In this document: one piece after another, positions 28,496-38,187 of the stretch
Position numbering within the stretch: position 1 is the first letter of the stretch
Layout of the letters: each line of letters begins with the position of its first letter
From: an uncultured delta proteobacterium
GTDB lineage: Bacteria > Desulfobacterota > Syntrophia > Syntrophales > UBA2185
Direction of reading: 5' to 3'
Assembly: GCA_963729715.1 (NCBI GenBank)
Contig: CAVSPA010000007.1
Coordinates: 416,001 to 480,000, forward strand
Length of the DNA: 64,000 bases
Notes under the pieces: model-generated
The model's input: the letters and a program-made list of their open reading frames with translations, nothing else
Database searches by the model: none
Told to the model about the DNA's origin: nothing
Made by a program: the position numbers and the translations under genes

Positions 28496-29674
28496 CTATT
28501 TCTTCCAGGCTGTGGGTCCCCATTTTTCACCTAGAACAGCTTTGGGGGACCATTCGGGCGGCACCAACTGGCCGGGTTTTTCACCCACTTTCTGGATGAG
28601 TTTGGCAAGACCGGGACGGGCGTGTTCCGGATGCCCTTCTTTCAATGTCCGGCCGTTGATGACGGCCTCGGAACGGAGCCTCCGGCCGATCGTCTTCTCC
28701 ATCTTTTTTCCGAGCGACAGGACACGGTCCACATTGTACCCGTGCTCGATACCCAGCTCATCGATCATCACCAGGAGATCCTCCATGGTAATGAGACCCA
28801 CAAACCGAGGATCGTAATAGTAATCGCCCGTTCCTCTTACGGGACAGTCATCGAGGAAATTTGCCGGCTGTCCGCCCAGACCACCCAAGGTTCCTTCAAA
28901 GCGGGTGATTCCGGCCTGAAGGGCCGCAAGGATCGAGGCGGAAGCGACACGCTTCGTTTCATGGAGATGGCAGAGATGAGCATCAGGATTCGGCATGGCG
29001 TCGAGCACCATGGAGAAATAACGGTAGACCTGGGCCGCGGACGCGGAGCCATCATGGTCAGCATGCTCGATGTCATGGGCGCCGATAGATAAGAAGCGCT
29101 TCGTAAACTCCACGGCATCCTCCAGCTTCGTGGCGCCGGTAATGGGGCTCCCCCAAATGGTGCTCACGGTGCCGCACATTTTCATGCCATGGTCGGCGGC
29201 TTTCTTGATACAGCGCTCTGCCTCTTTCCAGTACTGGGTCAGCGTCGTTCCTGAATTGGCAAAATGGTGTTCCGGATCGGTGGAAACCATCATCAGTATG
29301 CGGTCCGGACCTATCCCTTTTTTCCTGAGCTCGATGGCCGTATCGACAGCGGGTTCGCGGATCGTCACAGCAGTCATGACAAGCTCATCGTATTTGACCC
29401 CCGCCCTCTCGCAGCGTTTCTTGAACGCATCACCCCTGAGGGCTGTAAGGACCTGCTCTGCATCCCTGAACTGAGGAATGCCAGCCGGGTTTCCCAGGTT
29501 GGTAACCTCAATCTCCTTTGCACCCGCCAAGATCATTTCCTGGGCGTAAAAGATCTTGGCATTAGTAGATATGAATTTTTCTTCGTGCTGGAAACCATCG
29601 CGCACGGTTATGTCTCCGATGGTTACCTTCTTTGGCATTTTGGGAAAGATTTTCCAATAATCATATTCCGTCAT
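28496..29674 (-). CDS. HMGL-like (DRE-TIM metallolyase; often annotated pyruvate carboxyltransferase) protein
   Basis: DITVRDGFQHEE, HLHET, GLGGQP. Confidence 0.85.
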   Translation of the reverse strand: MTEYDYWKIFPKMPKKVTIGDITVRDGFQHEEKFISTNAKIFYAQEMILAGAKEIEVTNLGNPAGIPQFRDAEQVLTALRGDAFKKRCERAGVKYDELVMTAVTIREPAVDTAIELRKKGIGPDRILMMVSTDPEHHFANSGTTLTQYWKEAERCIKKAADHGMKMCGTVSTIWGSPITGATKLEDAVEFTKRFLSIGAHDIEHADHDGSASAAQVYRYFSMVLDAMPNPDAHLCHLHETKRVASASILAALQAGITRFEGTLGGLGGQPANFLDDCPVRGTGDYYYDPRFVGLITMEDLLVMIDELGIEHGYNVDRVLSLGKKMEKTIGRRLRSEAVINGRTLKEGHPEHARPGLAKLIQKVGEKPGQLVPPEWSPKAVLGEKWGPTAWKK

Positions 29675-29740
29675 AGAACAGTAATGACCTCCTCAATTTT
29701 ATTATTTATTAAGTTCAACGTATCGCCGGGTGAAAGAGTG

Positions 29741-30541
29741 TTATTCCCCTTTGAATACGGGTTTACGTTTCTCGGCAAAGGCCGCCAGTGCCTCCAGTCG
29801 ATCCTTCGTCGGGATGGTAACCTCATAAGCCTTGGACTCAAGCGGGAGCGCCACTCCGAGGCTCGCCTCGGAGCCGTAGTTGATGGCGAACTTCGCCTGG
29901 GCAACGCCGATGGGGCCGTTCTTGGCGATCTCTCTTGCCAGTTCGAGCGCCGCTTCCATGAGCTTATCGGGTTCCACAACCCTGCTGACAAGACCGATCT
30001 GTAGAGCCGTCTCCGCATTTATTCTTCTCGCCGTAAAGACCAACTCCTTGGCTTTTGCCACACCAACAATCCTAGTCAGTCTTTGAGTTCCGCCTGCGCC
30101 GGGGATAATCGCCAGAGAGGTTTCGGTTAATCCCATGAGGACGTTGGACGAACAGATACGGATGTCCGAGGCAAGGGCGAGTTCCGTGCCGCCGCCAAAG
30201 GCAAATCCGTTTATGGCTGCAATCACGGGGACACGGACCTGCTCTACGGCCGTGAAAGTGTTGCGTATCGTGAAAATGAAGCGGCGAACCTGGTCGTCTG
30301 ACAGCGTCCGTCTTTCCTTCAGGTCTGCGCCTGTAGAGAAGGACCACTTCTTGGGATCGTCTCCCGCCTTTGCGCCGGTAATGATGATGCAGCGGAGACC
30401 CATGTCAAAATTTGCTTCCCTTACGGTGTCGGCCAGTACGGCCAATAGATCAAAGTTAAAACAGTTCATAGCCTCAGGACGATTCAGCGTGAGAATAACG
30501 ATGCCCTCATCAGTCCTTTCTTTTAAAAGTATATCTGCCAT
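29741..30541 (-). CDS. Enoyl-CoA hydratase, probable methylglutaconyl-CoA hydratase (LiuC-like)
   Basis: LNRPEAMN, GADLKER, GGGTELAL, ETSLAIIPGAGGTQRL; operon context. Confidence 0.85.
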   Translation of the reverse strand: MADILLKERTDEGIVILTLNRPEAMNCFNFDLLAVLADTVREANFDMGLRCIIITGAKAGDDPKKWSFSTGADLKERRTLSDDQVRRFIFTIRNTFTAVEQVRVPVIAAINGFAFGGGTELALASDIRICSSNVLMGLTETSLAIIPGAGGTQRLTRIVGVAKAKELVFTARRINAETALQIGLVSRVVEPDKLMEAALELAREIAKNGPIGVAQAKFAINYGSEASLGVALPLESKAYEVTIPTKDRLEALAAFAEKRKPVFKGE

Positions 30542-30577
30542 AGGAATACTCCTCCTTATTTCACTCTTCAAGCGGGA

Positions 30578-32233
30578 TTAGACCTTCAGATCACCCCAGT
30601 CTGACTTGTCTATAGGTACGCGATAGCAAAGTTCCAATGACCTGCCTAGCTTTTCTCGCGCTTCGCTGTAAGTGATTACACCGTCGTGGAACAAGAGCGA
30701 ACCTGTCAGGAAGGGATGCCCTTCGTTATCATAACGATCTATCATCATCTGGCGGAATTTGGCCATTTCTTCCTCGTTAACCGTTTGTCCTCTGTCGACG
30801 ATATTCTTCCTGCGGACGCTCTCCACGATGAAACCCGCTGTGCGGCCGGACATAACCGTAGTGCGGCCTCTCATATTTGTAAAGCAGAAGACCGGCCTGA
30901 AGGCCCTCCCGCACATACCATAGTTTGCCGCTCCGTGATCTGGACCAATGACGTACTGGATTTTCGGAACGTTCAGCACGCTGCACGTACGGACCATGTC
31001 GGACCCGTATTTCCCGATGCCTCCCCATTCCTCGGCCTTTCCGACCATGTAGCCAGGAGAGCCCTGGAGAAAGATAACCGGCAGCTTCGAGTTTCCGCAA
31101 CGGATCATCCACTCCGTCGCTTTTCTTGCCGCTTCAATATATATGACGCCTGTCCCATTGGAAGCGATGACGCCTACGGGCATGCCTTTCAGCCACATCT
31201 TACCGGCAACGACACTTTCACCACGGTTGAGGCCGTATGTCGGTTTGTATTCATGGAAATAGCTGTCATCAGCAATACACTTTAGGGTGTCCCTGATGTT
31301 GATTGCGTTATAGGTATTCATGGGGGCGGAGCGCATCATGTCCCTGTAGTCATATCTTGGTTCCAGGGTTTGTACGCGGTCGCAGTGAATCGACTGGCTT
31401 GGTTCAAACTCAATGATGTCCCGCAGCTTCTGGATACCCTCTGCCTGGGATGTCACGAAATGGTCGCAACCGCCGGAGTGCTGGGTGTGAACATAGGCAC
31501 CTCCCAGGTCTTCCATGGACACGGTCTCGCCAATGGCGGACTTCACCATGGGGGGGCCTGCCAGAAAGGCAAACGCCAGCTTTTCTATCATGATTGACTC
31601 GGAAGCGAGATAAACGATGTAGGCGCCGCCCGCCGTGTTTCCGCCGGTTGACAGAGTGTATTGTTTGATTCCCATGGCGGACATGCGGCACATGTTGTAG
31701 AACATGCTGCCAAAGTGCCCGTCGTCAGCGAAACAGCCCAACTGCAGGGGAAGGTTGATGCCACCTGAGTCGGCAATGTATACGCAGGGTAATCGGAGGC
31801 GTTCGGCAATCGCTTGGGCCCTCATATGCTTCTTTAGGGTGATCGGGAAATAGGTTCCCGCCGCATAGCGGTTTTCATTGGCAAAGATCATGCAATCCTT
31901 TCCATGAATGACGCCTACGCCGGTGACCAGTCCGCCGCCGGGGATATTACCCCTTTTCTCTGATTCGTAGATCTCTCCCCCGTAGAGTTTTATCTGTCCG
32001 ATGTTGTAGCCGGCATCGAGGCCAAGCTCAAAGAACTCCGTACTAGGATCGATCAACATCGAAATGAGTTCTCTCATCGGCTTCTTGCCCTGTTTGGCAA
32101 GACGCTTGAGCTGCTCCTCACCGCCGATGTTGTATGCCTCTTCACGGTGAGTCAAGAGGATAGCGTCCTGTTCCTCCCAATGTTTCAGATTGTTGTCGTC
32201 TCCTGCCATACCTTGTTTCATTTCTTCCGCCAT
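30578..32233 (-). CDS. Acyl-CoA carboxylase carboxyltransferase subunit (methylcrotonyl-CoA carboxylase beta-like)
   Basis: KKHMRAQ, DSGGINLP, TAGGAY, GPPMVK, DLGGA, GAANYGMCGRAF. Confidence 0.9.
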   Translation of the reverse strand: MAEEMKQGMAGDDNNLKHWEEQDAILLTHREEAYNIGGEEQLKRLAKQGKKPMRELISMLIDPSTEFFELGLDAGYNIGQIKLYGGEIYESEKRGNIPGGGLVTGVGVIHGKDCMIFANENRYAAGTYFPITLKKHMRAQAIAERLRLPCVYIADSGGINLPLQLGCFADDGHFGSMFYNMCRMSAMGIKQYTLSTGGNTAGGAYIVYLASESIMIEKLAFAFLAGPPMVKSAIGETVSMEDLGGAYVHTQHSGGCDHFVTSQAEGIQKLRDIIEFEPSQSIHCDRVQTLEPRYDYRDMMRSAPMNTYNAINIRDTLKCIADDSYFHEYKPTYGLNRGESVVAGKMWLKGMPVGVIASNGTGVIYIEAARKATEWMIRCGNSKLPVIFLQGSPGYMVGKAEEWGGIGKYGSDMVRTCSVLNVPKIQYVIGPDHGAANYGMCGRAFRPVFCFTNMRGRTTVMSGRTAGFIVESVRRKNIVDRGQTVNEEEMAKFRQMMIDRYDNEGHPFLTGSLLFHDGVITYSEAREKLGRSLELCYRVPIDKSDWGDLKV

Positions 32234-32298
32234 TTATAATCCTCCTAGATACTCCCGGATTGAATGTCACCTTGGGAGCTTTAATACTTAAAAGAAAA

Positions 32299-33069
32299 CT
32301 ACCTTCCGATAACGTAGCGATACGGGTCTATCTGATCCCTCAGGATGGACAGTTCGCCTGCTGTTGGAGGTTTGTTCTCCACGATCTTTTTCGCCTTCAA
32401 AAGTTCGAACCCACAATTGGCCTGAACATCCTTTTCGGAATAACCCGGATTGACCCCTATAATCCGCATCCTCTTTGATTCCGGTTCAAAATCCATAACC
32501 GCCATATTGGTAATAATCTTGTATGGACCAGCCCCCCGCGGAAGGCCTGATTTCTCCCTCGAATCGCCGCCCGTTAGCCAGCCCGGCGTTGTAATAAATT
32601 GACATTTCTCGGCAAATCTCTTGGAATCCTGGGGCGTCATAACGAGCATTCTCCAACAAAATGAAGCGAGGTCATTGGCACCGCCACTCCCCGGGAATCG
32701 AACCTTCGGTTTCTGATGGTCAGGACCGATTCTCGTGGAATTCAAATTTCCGTACATATCAATCTGTGCACCACCGAGGAAGGTGTAATCGATCATGCCA
32801 CGACAACACGTTTCCATAATTTCACACATGCCGCTTGCCATCAAGGCCTTCCAAGTAGTTCTGGAATCTCCCACGGATATGGGCATTTCAGGGATCAAGG
32901 GTGCCGCCCCGCCGGCCTCAAAAAGGATTACCAGGTTGGGTGAGTGGGCCTTCTGCGCAAGCATTGCCGCCGCATTGGGAGCTCCAGTTCCGACTACAAT
33001 AGAAGCCCCGTCTTCCAGTTCTCTTGCAGCGGTGCATATCATTAGTTCCATGGTATTATAATCAGCCAT
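32299..33069 (-). CDS. Family I CoA-transferase subunit B (GctB-like)
   Basis: VGTG, LFEAG (catalytic Glu region), FLGGAQIDMYGNLNST, GSGGAND. Confidence 0.9.
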   Translation of the reverse strand: MADYNTMELMICTAARELEDGASIVVGTGAPNAAAMLAQKAHSPNLVILFEAGGAAPLIPEMPISVGDSRTTWKALMASGMCEIMETCCRGMIDYTFLGGAQIDMYGNLNSTRIGPDHQKPKVRFPGSGGANDLASFCWRMLVMTPQDSKRFAEKCQFITTPGWLTGGDSREKSGLPRGAGPYKIITNMAVMDFEPESKRMRIIGVNPGYSEKDVQANCGFELLKAKKIVENKPPTAGELSILRDQIDPYRYVIGR

Positions 33070-33086
33070 ACCGTTTAGCCTCCTCT

Positions 33087-34079
33087 CTAATCTCTCGCTT
33101 TGACAAACATGAATTCTTTGTCCCTGAGTTTCAGCAGTTTGTGTATGCCGCCGTTCTTCTCGACATATTCAAAGTGATCCTTGCAGCTGTAAATATTCTT
33201 TTCGATGAATTTCTTGAACTCGACCGGATCCTCTTCCGTTTTCATCCATTCTCTTATATGTTCCTCATCGGAGAAATATTCTGCATACATATTTCCGGGA
33301 TAACTGCCATAAGGGACCTCACATACGGCATCTACGCACCAGTAAGGAATTACTGTATAACTCGGATCTCTGCGTATCTCATCATTGGAAATCAGCCTTT
33401 CACAGGTAATAATCAGACGCTTGGACGCCCTTGCCACATCGAAATCGGAAACGGTGATGCCTCTCGCACGGCAATTGCCATAGATATCCGCCTCATGAAC
33501 ATGAATCGCCGACACATCCGGATAGAGGGCTGGCATGGCTGCATACTTTGTTCCCGTAAATGGGCACTCGATGATTTTGGCGCCGCTGTATTTGAATGTG
33601 TCCGTTCCCATAATATTTCTCGATGGGTAGAAGGAAACACCTGCAGCTGCAGCCTTGAAGCGTACGGAGAGTGAATAGTTGGTCCATTCACTCACCTGGA
33701 CCTTGCCGCTTTCCATATAACGCCTCGCGTTGGGGGACAGACCGCGGGCCTCAAGACCGACAATATAGGCAACATCCAGCTTGTCGAAAACCTCACCGGC
33801 GCACAGAATCTGAAAATCATGGGTGGATGTATGGCCTGCAAAACCCATATTCTTCCTGCCTTGCCTCACGATTTCATGTGCAACTGCTATAGGCACCCTG
33901 TTTGCCCCGAAGCCGCCGAGCGTCAGATAATCGCCGTCATGGACGAATTTTTCCACGGCTTCTTTTACAGACATCACCTTGGACTCCAGCTTACGGTTCT
34001 TCGTGCGGAAGAATGCACGCGCCTTGTCCGCATCAGGGTCCGTAAAGATTTTGCCAATTCCTTGATCGATCACTTCCAC
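33087..34079 (-). CDS. Family I CoA-transferase subunit A (GctA-like)
   Basis: EAVEKFVHDGD, AAAAGVSF, IHVHEADIYGN, PYGSYP. GTG start behind AAGGAGG. Confidence 0.9.
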   Translation of the reverse strand: MEVIDQGIGKIFTDPDADKARAFFRTKNRKLESKVMSVKEAVEKFVHDGDYLTLGGFGANRVPIAVAHEIVRQGRKNMGFAGHTSTHDFQILCAGEVFDKLDVAYIVGLEARGLSPNARRYMESGKVQVSEWTNYSLSVRFKAAAAGVSFYPSRNIMGTDTFKYSGAKIIECPFTGTKYAAMPALYPDVSAIHVHEADIYGNCRARGITVSDFDVARASKRLIITCERLISNDEIRRDPSYTVIPYWCVDAVCEVPYGSYPGNMYAEYFSDEEHIREWMKTEEDPVEFKKFIEKNIYSCKDHFEYVEKNGGIHKLLKLRDKEFMFVKARD

Positions 34080-34399
34080 CGGACTATACCTCCTTTTCAT
34101 TATTCGCAGCGCCCACCCATATGAATAGTTAGGGAGGATCGCCCTGTTAAAGATGTATGAACTGCATCCGCCGAAATCAGGCCGATTAGACTACCGCACT
34201 GTCAGCGTTACTTAATTAATCAAGCAATAACCTTTGCTTAAGGTCACACTGGTTTCTTTTATTCTACTGATCAACGAGATAAAGGTGCTGAAAAAATGGA
34301 TATATTTCAAATGAGACGCTCTATCAGTTTTCTTCCTTCTCTTATAAGAGCAATCAGTAAATTTTTATCTGCCTGTATTGTACCAAACAGAGAGGGAAA

Positions 34400-34746
34400 G
34401 CAATATTAAAAGGTTTATAAATAATATTTAGATAAAATTAATTTTAGATAAGTGACAATCAAGGCAAAAGATCCCCATTGCGCTGATTCAATTTTCGCAA
34501 GAAAGTCAACGGTATTATCTCTAAAGCCGGTCACGAAAGTTTGGTCCGATTGAAATCTGACTCTGTTGAGGTAAAAGTTTTTTCTTATTGCGTAAATAAA
34601 ATTTGCTTTCTTCGAGGAATAACAGTTGTAATAGATAAAGTCTCTTTTCCCCTTTAATAATGGAGGCGTTATTTGAGACAGCGAATCCATTTGATTTTTA
34701 ATTATTAGTTTTTTCTAAATATTATTTATAAACCTTTTAATATTGC
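34400..34746. repeat. Perfect 33-bp inverted repeat (281-bp spacer), each arm abutting an outward-facing promoter-like sequence
   Basis: 34400-34432 GCAATATTAAAAGGTTTATAAATAATATTTAGA is the reverse complement of 34714-34746. Minus strand: TTGCTT-N15-TACAAT with TG extension. Plus strand: TTGCCT-N17-TACAAG. Confidence 0.9.
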
Positions 34747-35230
34747 CTTTCGTAATTTTTTTCCATACAAGATTGTGCATGATACTTCCCTCCACAGGGA
34801 TGCGTGTGGCATGCGCCCGTCAGCAGCATATAGGACGCAGTCTTGTCGTTTCATGCTAAGATTCTTTATCGCTTATGCTTGCAAAGTCAGCAACTATATG
34901 AGATATGCCTTGATGTCGGCAATAGACGGAAATTGAGAACATCTCAAAGGGTTCATATTGGTGACAAATAGAAAATCCTGTTTCTGCTTATTATCAAATC
35001 ACTTACGCCTTAACGTTTCTGCTATGAACAAACGTTCTATGGGCTGTGCCAAATACGGAGCAGGCCCGCGGCATATCTTCTACCCGCTGCAAGATTAGGC
35101 TACACCTGGTAAGTTTTTTTTAGATAAATTTATATGGATAAGTAATATTATAAATCTGTATACCGCTTAAGAGGGGCTGAATTAATTCGGCTGAATGTCA
35201 AAACTTAATTACCTTAAGGAGGGAGTCAAG

Positions 35231-36745
35231 ATGACAACACCGGTTCAACAAAAGATTCGTGACAAGAAGAGAACAGCACAGCAGATTTTGGATATGGTCA
35301 AGTCCGGAAACTGGATTCAGCCAGGTTCGGTCGGAGGTGATTCAACGGAATGTATGATGGAGCTGGCAAAAAGGATCGGCCCAAAATTGAAGGACATTGA
35401 GCTTTGGAATTATGCTAATTTTTTCCCTCATCCCGAATTTCAGGCGACTGACCCCATGCAGCAATATCACTGCTTCCACGAGTATTTCTTCTTTCCATGG
35501 AACCGCAAGGCAAGAGATACCAACAACGTAACGGACTGGGCGCACTGGGGATGGGCAATGGGCATGTGGTTCGCCCATTATCGTTTCACTAATGCAATAA
35601 AGGAAAAGCGCGGGTTTGACTGGTGGTGGAATGCGGCTACGGCCTTTGATGAGCACGGCTTTGCCAACTTCTCTTATGGCACGAACAACGCCAATATCTT
35701 CAGCCAGTGCGCAAAGAAGACCGTAATAGAAGTTCGTTCAGACTATCCCTGGGCCGAAGGCGGCCGCTTTAACACCATTAATATTGATGACATCGACTTC
35801 TGGGTCGAAGTGGACTGCGAGAAATACAAGTGGCCACAGATCAATGAAAAGGCCATCAAGGCAAAACCAGAGGAAGAGGCGATCGCAAAACATGTCATGA
35901 CCATTATGAAGGATAGAGATATAATCCAGCTCGGTATCGGTTCTCTTCCCTCCGCGTGTGTAAGCGCTATGACCGACGCGGGACTCAAGGACCTCGGCAT
36001 CCACACGGAGATGCTCAATGCCGGTCTTATCAAGCTGATCGAATCCGGTCAGGTGACAAACAAATACAAGACCCTCCCCGCCGACCGCGGCAAGAGCGTG
36101 TGGACATTCGCATTCCCCGTTGATGTGAAGTGGTACTATGACACTATCCACAGGAACCAAGAGCTTGCGGCTTATGACATCAGTTACACGAATAACCTGC
36201 ATAATCTCACAAGGCTCGACAACATGATCGCTATTGACAACTGCGTGGCTGTCGACCTTCTCGGACAGCAGTGTTCCGGCTTTTATGAAAAACGGCCGAT
36301 CTCTAGCTCCGGCGGCTACTTCCATTTTGTCTCCTTCTGCGCCCAGTCTAGAGGCGGACGCGGCGTCGCCTCCATGACGGCACGAAGCAAGCACGGCACC
36401 TCGAGGATTGTTCCCTTCCTGCCTGAAGGATCATCAGTGGATGTCCCGGCTCAGTTAACAAATTACGTTTGTACTGAGTACGGCATCGTGAACCTGCGCG
36501 GTCTGTCCGGTTATGAAAGGGCCGCAGCGCTGATCTCCATTGCCCACCCCGATGACCGTGAGATGCTGGAAAAAGCGGCGAAAGAGAACGGCCTCCTTGC
36601 CCCGAAATTCCCCGTATCCATGATGCCGGTTGAGGGTAAGACCAGACGGTATCCGTCCTACTCAGACAGACGGAACTACAAAATGGCCTTACACGGTGAG
36701 ACATCAGGATTCGATTGGGAGCAGGGTTATCAATCAGCAAAATAA
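35231..36745 (+). CDS. Acetyl-CoA hydrolase/transferase family CoA-transferase (4-hydroxybutyrate/butyrate CoA-transferase-like)
   Basis: QLGIGSLP, LGIHTEM, SGG..HF, TEYGIVNLRG, ALISIAHPDDRE. Confidence 0.9.
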   Translation: MTTPVQQKIRDKKRTAQQILDMVKSGNWIQPGSVGGDSTECMMELAKRIGPKLKDIELWNYANFFPHPEFQATDPMQQYHCFHEYFFFPWNRKARDTNNVTDWAHWGWAMGMWFAHYRFTNAIKEKRGFDWWWNAATAFDEHGFANFSYGTNNANIFSQCAKKTVIEVRSDYPWAEGGRFNTINIDDIDFWVEVDCEKYKWPQINEKAIKAKPEEEAIAKHVMTIMKDRDIIQLGIGSLPSACVSAMTDAGLKDLGIHTEMLNAGLIKLIESGQVTNKYKTLPADRGKSVWTFAFPVDVKWYYDTIHRNQELAAYDISYTNNLHNLTRLDNMIAIDNCVAVDLLGQQCSGFYEKRPISSSGGYFHFVSFCAQSRGGRGVASMTARSKHGTSRIVPFLPEGSSVDVPAQLTNYVCTEYGIVNLRGLSGYERAAALISIAHPDDREMLEKAAKENGLLAPKFPVSMMPVEGKTRRYPSYSDRRNYKMALHGETSGFDWEQGYQSAK

Positions 36746-36764
36746 GTTGTTTCGCGTTATACGA

Positions 36765-36797
36765 CTTGAGAAGCCCGGATTATCCGGGCTTTTCGAG
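36765..36797 (+). terminator. Hairpin or terminator after the CoA-transferase gene
   Basis: AAGCCCGGAT/ATCCGGGCTT followed by TT. Confidence 0.65.
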
Positions 36798-36887
36798 TTA
36801 AGTTGCCAAAGCCAGTCAGTTTAAACTTCCATGCGCGGCTTCGACAGCTGATTAAATAAATCTCAATTTATCAGGAGGTATTTGTGT

Positions 36888-38078
36888 ATGGCGTTAGATT
36901 TTAATTTTACAGATGAACAAAAGATGTTGGAGGACAGCGTTTACAAGTGGGGACTTAGCTGGCTGGACCCACAGATGGAGCATCTATATGAAGTCGATGA
37001 GATGCCACCGACTCTTTTCAAGGAGCTGGGGAACCTGGGTGTGAACGGAATCGTCTTTGAGGAAAAGTATGGCGGTACGGCTCTGGGATATGTGGAAACG
37101 CTCCTCGTTTATGAGACGATCGCGCGTGTGAGTAACGCCCTGTCCATGACTGTCGGCGCAAGCCAGACCCTCTGCTTCGACAACTTCCGGCGCAACGCAT
37201 CGGAAAAACAGAAGATGTATGTCCTTCCCAAGTCCTGCACCGGCGAGTGGGTCGGATGCCTTGGAATCACCGAACCAAACGCCGGCTCCGACGCGATGAG
37301 CATGGCGACAAAGGCGGAGAAAAAGGGAGACAAGTACATCATCAACGGCAGCAAAATCTTCATCACCAACGGTCCGGTAGCGGACTTCATGACATTTTAC
37401 GCGAAGACAGATCCGGCCGCGGGCCCGAAGGGTATTTCCGCGTTCTTCTTCGAGTTCGACAAGGTCAAGGGTGTTACGAGGGAGAAGATTAAGAAATGGG
37501 GTATGAGGACATCCCCCACGGCTTTGATCACCTTTGAAGATGTCGAACTGCCGGCAGAGAACCTCATCGGCGGTTTGAACAAAGGCGTCTCCGTTCTCAC
37601 GAGCGGCCTCTGCACGGAAAGAATCACCCTCTCCGGCTGCACTCTCGGCAGCCAGAGAAGCTGTCTTGAGCTTAGCTTGAAGTATGCGAAGGAAAGGGTA
37701 CAGTTCGGAAAGCCCATCATCAGCTATCAGGCCATACAGGAAAAGCTCGCAAATATGTACACGGGTTACCTGGCCTCCAAGTGGATGGCATACAGCGCGG
37801 CCGCATATTGCGACACCTTGGCAAATAAGGTTGGCGGAAAGGGCACGGACCTCGACCGTATGGCAGCCGCGGCTCTTCTGTTCTGCGGCGAGATGGGAAC
37901 AAAGATCGGCCTCGACGCCATCCAGGTCTTCGGCGGTTACGGCTACTGCACGGAATACGCCGTTACGAGGCATTTCCTGGATCAGAAACTCTGGGAGATC
38001 GGCGCTGGTACGTCCGAGATCAGAAGGATGATCATTGCAAGAGAGCTCATGAGGGACGACTTCAAGAGCGGCAAATAA
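36888..38078 (+). CDS. Acyl-CoA dehydrogenase, isovaleryl-CoA dehydrogenase-like
   Basis: ITEPNAGSDA, NGSKIFITNGP, KWGMRTSPT, GL..ER, QVFGGYGY, LWEIGAGTSEIRR (IVD-type C-terminus). Confidence 0.9.
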   Translation: MALDFNFTDEQKMLEDSVYKWGLSWLDPQMEHLYEVDEMPPTLFKELGNLGVNGIVFEEKYGGTALGYVETLLVYETIARVSNALSMTVGASQTLCFDNFRRNASEKQKMYVLPKSCTGEWVGCLGITEPNAGSDAMSMATKAEKKGDKYIINGSKIFITNGPVADFMTFYAKTDPAAGPKGISAFFFEFDKVKGVTREKIKKWGMRTSPTALITFEDVELPAENLIGGLNKGVSVLTSGLCTERITLSGCTLGSQRSCLELSLKYAKERVQFGKPIISYQAIQEKLANMYTGYLASKWMAYSAAAYCDTLANKVGGKGTDLDRMAAAALLFCGEMGTKIGLDAIQVFGGYGYCTEYAVTRHFLDQKLWEIGAGTSEIRRMIIARELMRDDFKSGK

Positions 38079-38114
38079 ACCAAACCCGAATTTTCATTTA
38101 ATATATCGGTTCAT

Positions 38115-38156
38115 AACAAGAAGGGCGCTGCCATGAAAGCAGCGCCCTTCTTTGTT
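38115..38156. terminator. Likely bidirectional terminator between convergent genes
   Basis: AAGAAGGGCGCTGC/GCAGCGCCCTTCTT stem. Confidence 0.8.
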
Positions 38157-38187
38157 AATCACAGCCCTCGCTTCAACCGCTGTCCCG

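Noticed and set aside
29700..29712. Partial match (TATTATTTATTAA) to the 32-bp motif
   Set aside because: Only 13 bp in an AT-rich spacer, in the wrong orientation for the local genes and with no promoter attached.
32299..34079. AibAB-type methylglutaconyl-CoA decarboxylase
   Set aside because: Subunit B keeps a Glu (LFEAG) at the apparent CoA-transferase catalytic position, so an ordinary CoA-transferase is more likely.
34400..34746. MITE derived from the IS1-like element
   Set aside because: Relative to the copy upstream of the InsA-like gene, the arms face outward, so the spacer would be outside an element. No target duplication was seen.
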